From Octopus bimaculoides (taxonomy: Eukaryota): a stretch of DNA of 64,000 nucleotides. The stretch lies in assembly GCF_001194135.2 (NCBI RefSeq), contig NC_068993.1, positions 59,471,415-59,535,414 on the forward strand, in the 5' to 3' direction. Positions 1-12,213 of the stretch are shown here, in pieces; within the stretch, counting starts at the first letter, position 1; the number at the start of each line of letters is the position of its first letter. The position numbers and the translations under genes were made by a program. The notes under the pieces were generated by a model, which was not told the DNA's origin, did not search any database, and saw nothing but the letters and a program-made list of their open reading frames with translations.

Positions 1-384
1 ATGTCAATATGTATTATTATTTTGTAACGATTAAAACCTTTATTACTTGAAAGATTTCCTCGTAGTCATCTCCATTCTTTCAGAAACTAGCCCTACATAG
101 TTTCTAAACCTTAGCTTAAATCGTTAGTAATTTTGTGAGTACACATTTTTTAATCCAATCTTCCGTCCGGAACATCAACAATTTGTCCATTTCGTGGACA
201 CTCCTTGTTGCCCCTTTAATTACTGGTCGGTCATAGCTACTAGTGACCATAAATGACGGACAATCTGTATATGTTTATGTACGATATCAAATATATATAT
301 TTATTTATGAACTATAATATAAATACACGTAGACAACTAAAAGGTTTTTTTTTTCAGGAAGAGCTTACAGCTATACGTTTTTCG

Positions 385-545
385 TGCCAGTGACATGTAA
401 AAGACACCCAGTACATTATGTAAAGTAGTTGGTGTTAGGAAGGGCACTTAGCTGTAGAAACCAAGCCAAAAGAGACAACCGGAGCCTAGTGTAGCTCTCT
501 GGTTTACTAACTCTGGTCAAACCTAATCCATGCCAACTCAATATG
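385..545 (+). mobile_element. Degenerate RTE-type LINE/SINE 3' end fragment
   Basis: Contains gttggtgttaggaagggcac...gctgtagaaac...ccatgccaac, matching the RTE 3' UTR seen in better-preserved copies at 34954-35171 and 44345-44622. Confidence 0.55.
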
Positions 546-1106
546 TATTCTCTACTCTGATATGTATACATGTAAAAATGTAGTGATGTGCAGAACTTCA
601 GTTGTTTAGATAAATGTTTACTTCTACAATTTAAAGAAATGAAATAAAATTTCTGCTGTAGAATCTCTACTATGTCAGTCTTCTCCATCTCATACAGTTT
701 CTCTTATCTTTTCAGGGTGCTAGCTCTTGCTGACATTAAAAGTTATTCACATCCTCGGTACTTATCTTTTTGAGACAATGGAAAATGTTATACAGAACGA
801 ATGTAACCAGGTTTATGTAAACCTGGTGAATTAAGGTGAAATGTATCCCCTGGATGAGATTATTAGCAACATTTGTGTATGTCGCTGTCTAGAATGAGTA
901 GGAGATAATTTTATGTTTTAAGTGGACTTAAATATATTTATAAAGGACTTTGCTGCATTGATCACAGTTGATGGACACAGCAGAGGGAATATTTGTGAGA
1001 AATAAATTATAAAAACAGAAAATAAGAAACATTCATATATTGTAGAGAGAAGAAAAATGATGATGAAATGAGTTAAAAGATGGATTTTTTTTTTAATCCT
1101 TAAGAG

Positions 1107-1847
1107 ATGGCAAAAAATTTAGGAAAGTCTTTATATGTATGTGATATCTGTAACAAGTCATTCACTAAACAATATCATCTTACTACTCATATACGTATTC
1201 ATACAGGAGAGAGACCTTATCACTGTGATATCTGTGGGAAATCATTCAGTCAAAGTGGTGAGTTAACTATTCACAAACGTCTTCATACAGGAGAGAAGCC
1301 ATATCATTGTGATATCTGTGGTCAGTCGTTCATTCGTAAAGATATTTTAACTACACACAGACGTATTCATACAGGAGAGAAACCTTATCACTGTGATATG
1401 TGCAGTAAGTCATTTGCTAAAAGTACTAACTTAACTGATCACAAACGCATTCATACTGGAGAAAAACCATATCATTGTGATTTCTGTGGTAGATCATTCA
1501 ATCAAAATAATCAGCTAATTAAGCACAAACGTATTCATACTGGAGAAAAGCCCTATCACTGTGACATCTGTAACAAATCATTCTCTCGAAATGATGAGTT
1601 AACTGCACACAAACACATGCATACGGGAGAGAAACCATATCAGTGTGATAGCTGTGGTAAATCATTCCCCCGAAATGGTCAGTTAACTGCACACAAACGC
1701 ATTCATACTGGAGAAAAACGATTTCCTTGTGATATCTGTGGTAAAGCTTTCAATCAAAGTAATGTTTTAAAGGGACACAAACGAACTCATTCTGGGAAAA
1801 AAGCATTGATAACACTTGATATAAGTGGTAAGTCCTTTTCTCAATAA
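1107..1847 (+). CDS. C2H2 zinc finger protein, cluster copy A (8 intact fingers, 246 aa, C-terminus truncated by premature stop)
   Basis: Eight C-x2-C-x12-H-x3-H repeats with TGEKPY linkers; ATG homologous to the other copies; decayed finger sequence continues past the stop to about 1950. Confidence 0.9.
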   Translation: MAKNLGKSLYVCDICNKSFTKQYHLTTHIRIHTGERPYHCDICGKSFSQSGELTIHKRLHTGEKPYHCDICGQSFIRKDILTTHRRIHTGEKPYHCDMCSKSFAKSTNLTDHKRIHTGEKPYHCDFCGRSFNQNNQLIKHKRIHTGEKPYHCDICNKSFSRNDELTAHKHMHTGEKPYQCDSCGKSFPRNGQLTAHKRIHTGEKRFPCDICGKAFNQSNVLKGHKRTHSGKKALITLDISGKSFSQ

Positions 1848-2088
1848 TAGGTCAACTAAGCACAAAAGTAGTGGCATCAAGAAAACTATATCACTAATAG
1901 TTGTTTAAACCATTCTCTTAGTAGACTTAACTCTTCACATCTGTATTGCATGAAAGAAACCAACTCAGTGATGTTTGTGGTATTTCTCTCATATACATGT
2001 ATGTTCATACCAAAGCATGACAACCAAACAATTCTTCCTAGTATAAGAATAAGCCTGAAAGTCTTGTGGGGCTGGTTGATGACATTAA

Positions 2089-2172
2089 CCCCAGTGTTCA
2101 ACTGGTACTTATTTTATCAACCTTGAAAGGATGAGAAGCAAAGTCACTCTTGGTGAAGTTTGAACTCAGAAC
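2089..2172 (-). mobile_element. tRNA-derived SINE fragment (family of the 58443-58612 copy)
   Basis: ccccagtgttcaactggtacttattttatc...ggatga...gcaaagtc...tttgaactcagaac matches the near full-length copy. Confidence 0.65.
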
Positions 2173-2239
2173 ATGGACAAAGTGACAACTAAGTAATAAT
2201 GAATTAATGAACCAAAATATTTCATATTATAATCATATA

Positions 2240-2999
2240 TAGGGTGCGGTGAATATATTGTTGGCTAAATTACACAAAACGAACATAACACTGACATCTC
2301 ATTTTAACATACCAAAATTATACAAAAATATCTTGATATACTAAAGAGTAAATTTATTCAATAAAGTCGCCTTTAGCTTCAGCCATGACCTCCAGATGAC
2401 TTTGGAATCTCCTGCAACTCTTCTGGATAGTCTCCTTGTTTAAGTTGGCGAATGCTGCCATAATCCTTGCCTTCAGTTCATCTTTGGTGTTACAAGGAGT
2501 TTTGTTGGTCTCTCACTCAACTGTGCATCATAAATAATCAAGAGGGTTGCAGTCTTAGAGCCTTGACTGGGTTTTCTTCTTGTGTAGCGTAGTGTGGAGT
2601 CCTGTTGCCAGACATAAGGTTTTTCAGCACCTACCCTCTTGACCCAGAGCAGCACTACCTCCTCCAAGCACTTGATGTAAGCCTCCATGTTGAGTCTGAG
2701 GCCATGTGGGAAGACGAATGGAGGCATAATGTCATCATCACTAGTGATCACTCCAAGTACCATCATGTTGACTGGATGTGATTTTATCATTCTCAGTACA
2801 TGTCTTCAGATTGACACCCAAACACTCTGAACTGTTATTATTGGAGCTTCTGAAATTTCTAGCAGAATGAATTGCATCATGGCACTATTTTTCTCACAGG
2901 CTGTGCCCAACTGACCCTACTATACTGTATAATTGACAACAGCAAACAATGTGTGAAATTAAAAATATAAAATGGTGATAATTTACCCATTCCACCCTG
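2240..2999 (-). mobile_element. Internally deleted IS630/Tc1/mariner (maT/DD37D-like) transposon
   Basis: Minus-strand peptides MVLGVITSDDDIMPPFVFPHGLRLNMEAYIKCLEEVVLLWVKR..PYVWQQDS and ETNKTPCNTKDELKARIMAAFANL; ends TA|TAGGGTG and CACCCTG|TA fit TA duplication and CAGGGTG-type termini. Confidence 0.8.
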
Positions 3000-3959
3000 T
3001 ACATCTTGATGGTAAATTCATATTTTATGTGTGTTATGTATATTCTTGTTTTTTATATATAATATTTATTTCATTAAGGAACTAGTTCTGTTAGTAACAT
3101 TTATAGTTTTTTTGCCTGGCATGGACTTTGTGACTTTATGGTGAAACTTAATTTTCATTCTTGTCACTGTGGTCTTTACATAAAAGCAAAAATTGGTGGA
3201 GCAATTTTTTTTTATTATCGTTGTCCATGTTTTTATGTTGATTGTTAATGCTGGAATGTATTGGAGCACATTTTCTCAAACATTTTGTCATTTCAACTGT
3301 AAATCTCAAATTCCAGGGTTCGGACTGCACCAATCTTTGTGAATATTCATAACAATTTGAAATCTAAATAAAGTTGGTTTTCTCTTATATTCTTCTTCTC
3401 TTATTTTATATTTGGAACATCTAATCAAGTCTCTGCTATAAATTCTGCACATAACTTGCTAACTGGATCAATGTATGATGAAAGCTGCACATTTTCTAAA
3501 CTGATTTTCACCGATTCTTTACTTTAAAGCTATTTAATTTATTGACACTATTTGATAGAAGATATGATCTGATGTGAATGAGATGTAAATAATAGGATGA
3601 TATTGTAGATGAAATGGTGATGTTGGTGGCTTTGTAGTGGAAATGTGATATAGGTTGATGAGAGCCAAGTTAGAGGCTGTCTAAGGACAAGATAGTTCCC
3701 ATTTTCAGATAATGTTAAAATGTGATAATCATCATTTCACATACATTTCAAACACATATTGTTATATAGAAACTTATATGCTATTCATATCAAGAACAAA
3801 CAACTTAACACAGTATCTGTGTATATAAGATAGCCCTGCAATTTTTAGAAACAGAATAACTGAATTACTGGAAATCTTATTTCTTTTGGTGAATGCTGTT
3901 AGCATCGTGTGAAAAATAATTTGGATAGACAACATTTCTCATTCATCATCATCTTTACC

Positions 3960-4250
3960 AGTCCCACTGTGTGTCAACTTGGGCAAGTGTCTTCTACTAT
4001 AGCCTTGGGCCGACCAAAGCCTTGTGAGTGGATTTGTTAGATGGAAACTGAAAGAAGCTCGTCCCATATTTATATATGTATGTGTGTGTTTGTCCACCCC
4101 CATCACTTGACAACCGATGCTGGTATGTATGTTTATGTCCCTGTAACCTAGCAGTTTGGCAAAAGAGATAGAATAAGTGCTAGGCTTACAAAGAATAAGT
4201 CCTGGATTTGATTTGCTTGATTGAAGGCAGTGCTCCAACATGGCCGCATT
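3960..4250 (+). mobile_element. 5'-truncated tRNA-derived SINE (family of 63108-63266)
   Basis: cttgggcaagtgtcttctactatagccttgggccgaccaaagccttgtgagtggatttg...ggaaactgaaagaagc core followed by the tail seen in other copies. Confidence 0.75.
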
Positions 4251-4959
4251 CAAAATGTGTTTCTTTAGTAAGCTAAAGTAATCAACAATCATTCATTATC
4301 GGATAATTTGAGATTTTTAAGTATATTATTAATTATTGAGAAAGAAATTTGTTAGCTCCAAAACCTTTCAGGTAGTTTCATCAGGGTAAACTGTTTCTAT
4401 CCAATTTAGCTAATTATTTCTCAGTATTAATGAACAGCATTTTAAATTTCACACGTGTATTAAAGCTTTATTGTTTGGAAAATGGTGAATTAAAGTTATT
4501 TGGGATACTTCATTCTTAAATTTGTTCTGGCAGAAATTTGTCAGTCCATGTTGTACTTTGGGGTCTAAGCAAACATTACAAGTCAAGGTAGGGGTACTTT
4601 GTGCAGGGCGTTTGGGTATCCAGAATTCTGGAGTTACCATTAGTAAACATTGTGGCTTTCCATAGTATATATGCATGTTATACAAAATGTTGGTAATTAT
4701 ACTTCATAAATTTGAAGTTATAAATTCTCTTATCCAAATCAGTTTCTCATCTTAAAATTTGGGGTGGGTTGGTGATGGAGGGTGAAATTTCATTGTTTTT
4801 GCTTTTAAAAATTGCCGACTCAGAATCATGATTTTCAAATTTTAATTTTAAGTCAACACAAACATATTAGGTTATGTTTAAAAATGCGATGTTTTTTTTT
4901 TTTTATTATTTTCACATAAGTTTATATTCTTGAATATGTTTAACAAATCTTCATCTGCT

Positions 4960-5329
4960 GTAAGCGTTAGAGATTATCATTTTAGCGAAATCAGAAAGGG
5001 AGAAATGCGAACAACGCAAGTATAATTTGAAATTGGGGGCCAGGCTAGCCCTAGCGGTAATTTGAAATCGACTTTAGATGACCGGGTGGTAACTTGAAAT
5101 GCAGAGCAAGTTGAAGTCTTTACACCGGGCTATCAATCGGAATGATTACGAAACTGTGGTTAACAATAAATATCTGAGTGTATCCAGATTCTCCTTTTCT
5201 ATTTTATGTTAATTGCATTCTTTCCCTGGTTTCGCTGTTTCCCACCAAATGTCTGCTACAACAATTTCCAAAGATGTCATATTGTTAAGTCAAGTGAATT
5301 AACATTATGTAAAGAAAACATCAGTGAGT
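4960..5329 (+). promoter_or_regulatory. Putative promoter and non-coding exon 1 of ZNF B, splice donor at 5324
   Basis: CpG-containing block conserved in the C unit (donor 12712); donor GTGAGT is followed by intron sequence homologous to the intron-1 start of copies D-I. Confidence 0.55.
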
Positions 5330-7027
5330 ATTTATAGTATTCAAAACTACATAAAATATTTTCAAGCGGAGTTTCGGAATACCACATCGAGAAGAAAAGG
5401 GGGCAAAGAATTGGAAGGCGATTCTTTTTGGCATTCCTGTATTTCAGACTGCGGAAATTACGATTCTGGAAGAAGTTTCATTTTAATTTCAGTTTATAGA
5501 TATATATATATACGTTTTCTTTTTTATTTACCCCTTCCCTCAATTTTCTTCCCCATGCAGTACTGTTAGCTATTCTGAAACTCCAGCATTCTCAATATTT
5601 CATTTCATTTTTGAAATTTTAACTCTGTAGATTTCTTTTCCATCCATAGCTACACCTCGTACACCGCACAGAAATCGCACCCACTCATTTTCTATATTCT
5701 CTGGTAATTATATCGATGGGAATAGGGTTTTCTATTTACTCATACATTAATTTTTGTTAACTTCATTCTAATGTCTGTCGATTGTTTCCATGCTTGAAAG
5801 GGAATAGAGTATCAGAATAAGCGGGTACCCCTTAGCAGCTGGCCTTAAAGTTTTTTGTTAGGGCTTAGAGAACTATAATGAACAGAAACTGAAGAGAGAG
5901 TCCTGGTGCACTCCCATCTGAATTCATAGCTATACTCTTTTGTTAAATCTTATTTTGCTGACTTTATCCCTATACATCGTTTGTGTAGCTCTCACAAGGC
6001 ATTATTCATCTATTCCAAATGTCTTCGATGTTCACCAGACCACAACTATGAACCCTAGGTATAGGGACTAATTCATGGCTAGATACTTCTCAGTTTTGTC
6101 ACTACAAGACAGTATTAGTACTTCGTTGATACAATTCCAAAGTGCATTGCGTTTATGTTTAGTTTCTTGCTAGAATTCTTTCTGTAATCTTCATTGCGTA
6201 ATCCAACAGTTTATTAAATGAAAGATTCCCCCGTGGTCATCTTTTTCTTTCAATGTCAGGAAATGTTTCTAGTCCTATTTTGAATTGGTAGTAGTTTTAT
6301 GGGTAAACATTTTTTTTTTTATCTGATCATCCATTTAGAACCCAAACTATTTCACCATTTCCTGGATAGTCCATATTACTTTTTGCTATTATTATTGCCT
6401 CTATGTCGGCCATAGCATTCAGTGGGACAACTGTAAATTATGTGATCCTATTTACAATTTTTAAACAACGATGAACATCATGACGATATGTATATCTCTG
6501 CTCTGTTATGTCTGATATAATGTTGTGATACTTTGGATAGATTCAGTTATATTCTGCACCTTATCACCATAGAAATATAAATTTTTTGTTGTTCACGCTG
6601 TACTGTTTAACTATTCTTTACATCTTATTCTGTTTCTCTATCATTTCAGGTCCTTGATGAAACTGGTATCAAAATATTATTTTACATCAGAAGCATCATC
6701 AATATTTATCAGCTTTTAAAGATAAAGGAAGATTCTATATAAGAAATATGATACTTGTATAAATCTGAGGAAGTATGGCAAATTTTTTCAGTCTCTGTCT
6801 GGAAGGTCACTGTCTGGAATGAGAAAAAAATTCTGCATTCTAAATAAATATATTTATAAATTACTTTACATCATCTTCAGATATTGGTAAAGACTGCAGT
6901 TGATGGGAATATAATTGAAGGAATACTTGTTAAAAATAATTTATAAAAAGAAAAGCAAGTGTGGAGAAATAAGAAAAATGATAATAAAATGAGTTAGAAG
7001 ATTGATTTACATTTTTATCCTTCAGAA

Positions 7028-7969
7028 ATGGCCAAAAAATTAGGAAAGTCTTCATATGAATGTGATATCTGTAAAAAGTTATTCACTACAAAAGGTCATC
7101 TTACTACTCATATACGTATACATACAGGAGAGAAACCATATCACTGTGATATCTGTGGTAGATCATTCTCTCGAACTGATGAATTAACCACTCACAAACG
7201 TGTTCATACAGGAGAGAAACCATATAAATGTGATATCTGTGGTCAATCATTTACACGTAGAGATATTTTAACCACACACAGACGTATTCACACAGGAGAG
7301 AAACCATATCAGTGTGATATGTGTAGTAAATCATTCTCCAAACGTAATAATTTAGCTGATCATAAACGCATTCATACTGGAGAAAAACCATATCAGTGTG
7401 ATTTTTGTGGTAGATCATTCAATCAAAATAATCAGCTAATTAAACACAAACGTATTCATACAGGAGAAAAGCCCTATCACTGTGATGTCTGTGACAAATC
7501 ATTCTCTCGAAATGATAAGCTAACTGCTCACAAACACATTCATACAGGAGAGAAACCATATCAGTGTGATACCTGTGGTAAATCATTCCCTCGAAATAGT
7601 GCCTTAACTGATCATAAACGCATTCATACTGGAGAAAAACGATTCCATTGTGGTGTTTGTGGTAAAGCATTTGTTCAAAGTAATGTTTTAAAGGGACATA
7701 TTCGCATTCATACAGGAGAAAAACCGTATCCTTGTGATATCTGTGGTAAAGCATTTGCTCAGAGTACTGATGTAACTGTTCACAAACGTATTCACACTAA
7801 AGAAAAGCCATATCATTGTGATATTTGTGGTAAAGCATTCTCTCGCAGAAATTATCTAGCTAAGCACAAAAGTATTCATACAGCTTCAAGACTGCATCAC
7901 TGTAATATCTGTGATAAATCATTCCCTCAGCATGATGATTTAACTAATCACACATGTATTCCTACATGA
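7028..7969 (+). CDS. C2H2 zinc finger protein, copy B (10 intact fingers + degenerate terminal finger, 313 aa)
   Basis: Uninterrupted ORF of tandem C2H2 fingers; acceptor tttttatccttcag 2 nt before the ATG. Confidence 0.95.
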   Translation: MAKKLGKSSYECDICKKLFTTKGHLTTHIRIHTGEKPYHCDICGRSFSRTDELTTHKRVHTGEKPYKCDICGQSFTRRDILTTHRRIHTGEKPYQCDMCSKSFSKRNNLADHKRIHTGEKPYQCDFCGRSFNQNNQLIKHKRIHTGEKPYHCDVCDKSFSRNDKLTAHKHIHTGEKPYQCDTCGKSFPRNSALTDHKRIHTGEKRFHCGVCGKAFVQSNVLKGHIRIHTGEKPYPCDICGKAFAQSTDVTVHKRIHTKEKPYHCDICGKAFSRRNYLAKHKSIHTASRLHHCNICDKSFPQHDDLTNHTCIPT

Positions 7970-8094
7970 GAAACAAAAACACATCATTGATTTTTCCAGT
8001 AATCATTCTCACTAAAACGTTTCATATATTCATATGAAAGCAGACACTCCTATCATACTTGTATGCATGTTATGTACATTCTTTGGGAATATTA

Positions 8095-8640
8095 TGTACG
8101 ATTTGACTGAAGACCAGCGAACCAGATGGCTGCACCAGGCTCCAATCTGATCTGGCAGAGTTTCTACAGTTGGATGCCCTTCCTAATGCCAACCACTCCG
8201 AGAGTGTAGTGGGTGCTTTTACAGTCAGGCGGTACTGGCAACGGCCATGCTCAAAATGGTCTTTTTTACATGCCACCTGCACAGGAGTCAGTCCAGCGGC
8301 ACTGGCAACAACCTCGCTCGAATGCTTTTTTACGTAGCCAGTAAGGCGACGCTGGTAACAATCACACTCAAATAGCGCTATTTACATGCCACTGGCACGG
8401 AAGCCAGACAGCTGCTCTAGCAATGATCACGTTCGGACGGTGCTGTTAGCGCTCCACTGGCACAGGTGCCAATCATCGAATTTGGTTCAATTACGATTTC
8501 GATTTCACTTGNNNNNNNNNNGCTCCACTGGCACAGGTGCCAATCATCGAATTTGGTTCAATTACTATTTCGATTTCACTTGCCCCAACGGGTCTTCACA
8601 AGCAGAGTTTAGTGTCCAATGAAGGAGAGGTTGACATGGG
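8095..8640 (-). mobile_element. RTE LINE 3' UTR fragment with internal subrepeats
   Basis: tttctacagttggatgcccttcctaatgccaaccactccgagagtg motif plus repeated gcactggcaac...gctc units. Confidence 0.75.
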
Positions 8641-9878
8641 TGTATTATTTATTTATTTATATGTTGTAATTGTGTATTATTACTTGATTAGAGAATATAA
8701 TAAAAGTGAAAGAATTTTATCCTATTTATTTCAATTGTTCACCTGTTAATATTTGTTTGTTGTAATTGCATATTATTACTTGGTTTGAGAATATTATAAA
8801 ATTAAAAGGATTTTGTCTATTCATTTATTTTGACCGTCAACCTGCAACAGTGATTAAATTGCCTTCGTACATTGAACACAAGGAATATCCAATACCAAAC
8901 AATCTTAATCTCCATATTTAAACTGCATTAAACTTTGCCAAGCTTACCTTTACCTATTCCGAGTTACTTGAAAGGTAATGTTCCCTTCCCTCTCTTCTAA
9001 TTGTTGATACCTTTGTTTACCTACCAATGTGTTGTTTCACTTTAAGGATGCTTATTTACGCATACATCATGATATTTCGAATGCAACATCTTTTCACTGA
9101 ACTATTAAAGATTCAAAACAGTATTCATGAACTCAAGCCAAACACTTCATGTCTTCCATTTTTCATTACCTGAAGTCACTTTCAGACTGGTCTTACACTG
9201 TAAGCACATAGCAAATACATTCTTTTAACTCTTCTTTTTCAAGTATGTATTATATTGCCATTTTTGAACTTACCAGAAAAATAGCTCCCTTTGCTGTTGA
9301 ATAAAATAAACTTGCAGAGAGGAAGTTTCAATGTCTTCCTTCCATCTCCTAACACCATTTACGTGGCTGTTTCTGACAAGAAATTTCGCTTTCATGTAAA
9401 ACAACCATATTTTATAGCCATTATCCGTAATTTACTTCCAAAACACTTCAGTAGTTCTACTTTGCAGCGCTTGCAAACATATGTTCTGTGATCATTAAAG
9501 TGCAGTGACCTCCACAATAACCTGTCTTTAATTTGGTTTTCTGTTCTTAGGTTAATCGGACACATAGATTGCTGTGCTACTCATAACCCTTCTTGGTAGT
9601 TCAGTTATTTGGTGAAAAAAATACCAGTAAAGCAACTTAAACCATCCAAAGGATGGGTGGGTTTGCTAGTAGTGTTACAAATAAAGCTCTTTTGACAAAT
9701 TAATACTCAACAAAAGGGGGTTTCATAATTCAAGTCAGCAATACCTTTTGTTTGGTAATTATGAGGGAGAGAATGGCAAAAGATAATTTCATAGAAATAA
9801 ATATGGTGGTGATGATGAAATATTTTGTGGAACTTGATGGCAGTGTTGTATGTATGTATGTATATATATATATATGTG

Positions 9879-9909
<31 letters not shown>

Positions 9910-9964
9910 TATTAAGTGAAAGTAGTTTTGATTGAGGATTGTTTATTTTGGGAGTCTTTCATGA

Positions 9965-10313
9965 TTTATGAATGGCCAAAGTTTAGAGAGCTCTTACCCC
10001 TGCTGGCGACAAAGGGACTCTCACTCAGAGTAAAAGGCAGACTGTATGACGCATGCGTACGAACAGCCATGCTACATGGCAGTGAAACATGGGCTGTAAC
10101 TGCTGAGGACATACGTAAGCTCGCAAGGAATGAAGCCAGTATGCTCCGTTGGATGTGTAATGTCAATGTGAATACCCGTCAGAGTGTAAGTATCTTGAGA
10201 GAAAAGCTGAACATTAGAAGCATCAGTTGTGGCGTGCAAGAGAGACGATTGCGCTGGTATGGACATGTGGTGAGAATGGATGAGGATAGCTGCGTGAAAA
10301 AGTGCCACACCCT
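9965..10313 (+). mobile_element. RTE LINE ORF, region C-terminal to the RT domain (young copy, runs into gap)
   Basis: WPKFRELLPLL..KGRLYDACVRTAMLHGSETW..RNEASMLRWMC..VQERRLRWYGHVVRM, a typical RTE C-terminal signature; intact frame. Confidence 0.9.
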
Positions 10314-11081
10314 NNNNNNNNNNNNNNNNNNNNNNNNNNNNNNNNNNNNNNNNNNNNNNNNNNNNNNNNNNNNNNNNNNNNNNNNNNNNNNNNNNNNNNN
10401 NNNNNNNNNNNNNNNNNNNNNNNNNNNNNNNNNNNNNNNNNNNNNNNNNNNNNNNNNNNNNNNNNNNNNNNNNNNNNNNNNNNNNNNNNNNNNNNNNNNN
10501 NNNNNNNNNNNNNNNNNNNNNNNNNNNNNNNNNNNNNNNNNNNNNNNNNNNNNNNNNNNNNNNNNNNNNNNNNNNNNNNNNNNNNNNNNNNNNNNNNNNN
10601 NNNNNNNNNNNNNNNNNNNNNNNNNNNNNNNNNNNNNNNNNNNNNNNNNNNNNNNNNNNNNNNNNNNNNNNNNNNNNNNNNNNNNNNNNNNNNNNNNNNN
10701 NNNNNNNNNNNNNNNNNNNNNNNNNNNNNNNNNNNNNNNNNNNNNNNNNNNNNNNNNNNNNNNNNNNNNNNNNNNNNNNNNNNNNNNNNNNNNNNNNNNN
10801 NNNNNNNNNNNNNNNNNNNNNNNNNNNNNNNNNNNNNNNNNNNNNNNNNNNNNNNNNNNNNNNNNNNNNNNNNNNNNNNNNNNNNNNNNNNNNNNNNNNN
10901 NNNNNNNNNNNNNNNNNNNNNNNNNNNNNNNNNNNNNNNNNNNNNNNNNNNNNNNNNNNNNNNNNNNNNNNNNNNNNNNNNNNNNNNNNNNNNNNNNNNN
11001 NNNNNNNNNNNNNNNNNNNNNNNNNNNNNNNNNNNNNNNNNNNNNNNNNNNNNNNNNNNNNNNNNNNNNNNNNNNNNNNNN

Positions 11082-11400
11082 GAGGACTGGTGAAACCGGA
11101 TGGCAACACCAGGCTCCAGTCTAATTTGGCAGAGTTTCTACAGCTGGATGTCCTTCCTAACGCCAACCACTCAGAGAGTGTAGTGGGTGCTTTTACGTGT
11201 CACCCGCACGAAAACGGCCACGCTCGAAATGGTGTCTTTTATGTGCCACCCGCACAAGCCAGTCCAGGGGCACTGGCAATGATCTCGCTCGAAAATCCTA
11301 CGGGAGCCAGTCAGGCGGTACTGGCAACGGCCACGCTCAAAATGGTGCATCTCATGTGCCACCCACACAAGAACCAGTCCAGGGACACTGGCAACGATCT
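11082..11400 (-). mobile_element. RTE LINE 3' UTR (young copy)
   Basis: First ~150 bp nearly identical to 35023-35171. Confidence 0.85.
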
Positions 11401-11409
11401 TACTTGGCT

Positions 11410-12208
11410 TGCCGGGTCAAGCCAATTAGTGATAAGACATTAATAAATCTTATCCAGTTCTGAATTAACTGTATTGAATAGGGATCGAAGGTCCTGGTGA
11501 CTAATAAAAATTGTAGACTCATCAGCAAAATGTAGAAAATTTAATAAATTTGTAGACTTGTACATATCATTTATATAGATAAGGAACAGTAATGGGCCCA
11601 TAGAGGTCTAGCTTTATAGTTAGTTGGCACTCTGTTGCGTACGTCATCGAGGGTTCCAGTTGATCCGATCAACGGAACACCCTGCTCATAAAATTAACGT
11701 GCAAATGGTTGAGCACTCCACAGACATGTGTACCCTTCAGATAGTTCTCAGGGATTTCCAGTGTGACAAGGCTGACCATTTTGAAATACAGGTACAACAG
11801 AAATAGGAAGTAAGAGTGAGAGAATCTGGGAATCGAAACCACGATCCTATGACTGCGAGTCCACTGCCCTAACCACTAGGCCATTACGCCTCCACAGATT
11901 TATAGTGGATAATAGTAATTTTGATGTTTCAACAGTAACCTATTAGGCACTCCATGTATTCCTATATGCCTAAGTTTGGCCAACAATATATCTGAATGTG
12001 CTGAATTGAACACTTTACTGATATCTAAGTAAAGTGCAAGGAAATATTTAGTTATGTTTAGTGAGCTGTAGGTATGATCTAGAAATCCAAGGATTGCATC
12101 AGCAGTACTTAAGTTTTCTTTAAAGCCAAATTGGTGATTTGATAGTATTTTGTTAAGTCTTAAAAATGACTGTAGTCTCTTGTACATTAACTTTTCAAAA
12201 ATCTTCGA
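11410..12208 (-). mobile_element. CR1/L2-like LINE reverse transcriptase fragment, split by a SINE
   Basis: KIFEKLMYKRL...HQFGF...LYLDISKVF at 11900-12208 and GPLLFLIYINDM...LHFADESTIF at about 11500-11600. Confidence 0.8.
11626..11890 (-). mobile_element. tRNA-derived SINE nested in the CR1-like fragment
   Basis: Head GGCGTAATGGCCTAGTGG (A box) ... GGTTTCGATTCC (B box) followed by a non-tRNA body. Confidence 0.75.
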
Positions 12209-12213
12209 GAGAG

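Larger units (their letters stand above)
4817..8012 (+). repeat. Segmental duplication unit containing ZNF copy B (partner 12214-15669)
   Basis: Homology starts at gactcagaatcatgattttc (4817/12214) and ends at cagtaatcattctcac (8012/15669). Confidence 0.9.

Noticed and set aside
7440-7754. Antisense ORFs such as MLYHRYH... (also 15097, 20174, 20828, 27503, 45383)
   Set aside because: Shadow frames of the repetitive zinc-finger coding strand.
8860-9720. CxxC-containing minus-strand peptides (AMCLQCK, YVCKRCK)
   Set aside because: Too short and interrupted to assign to a BED finger or transposase.
9916-11166. Long ORFs rich in X (also 31331-33649, 35031-36136, 44954-45355, 62248-63108)
   Set aside because: They run through N gaps; only the flanking RTE, ZNF or WSC fragments are real.
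11820-11890. tRNA-like sequence on the minus strand
   Set aside because: It has A and B boxes but no pairing acceptor stem and continues into a repeat body, so it is a SINE head.
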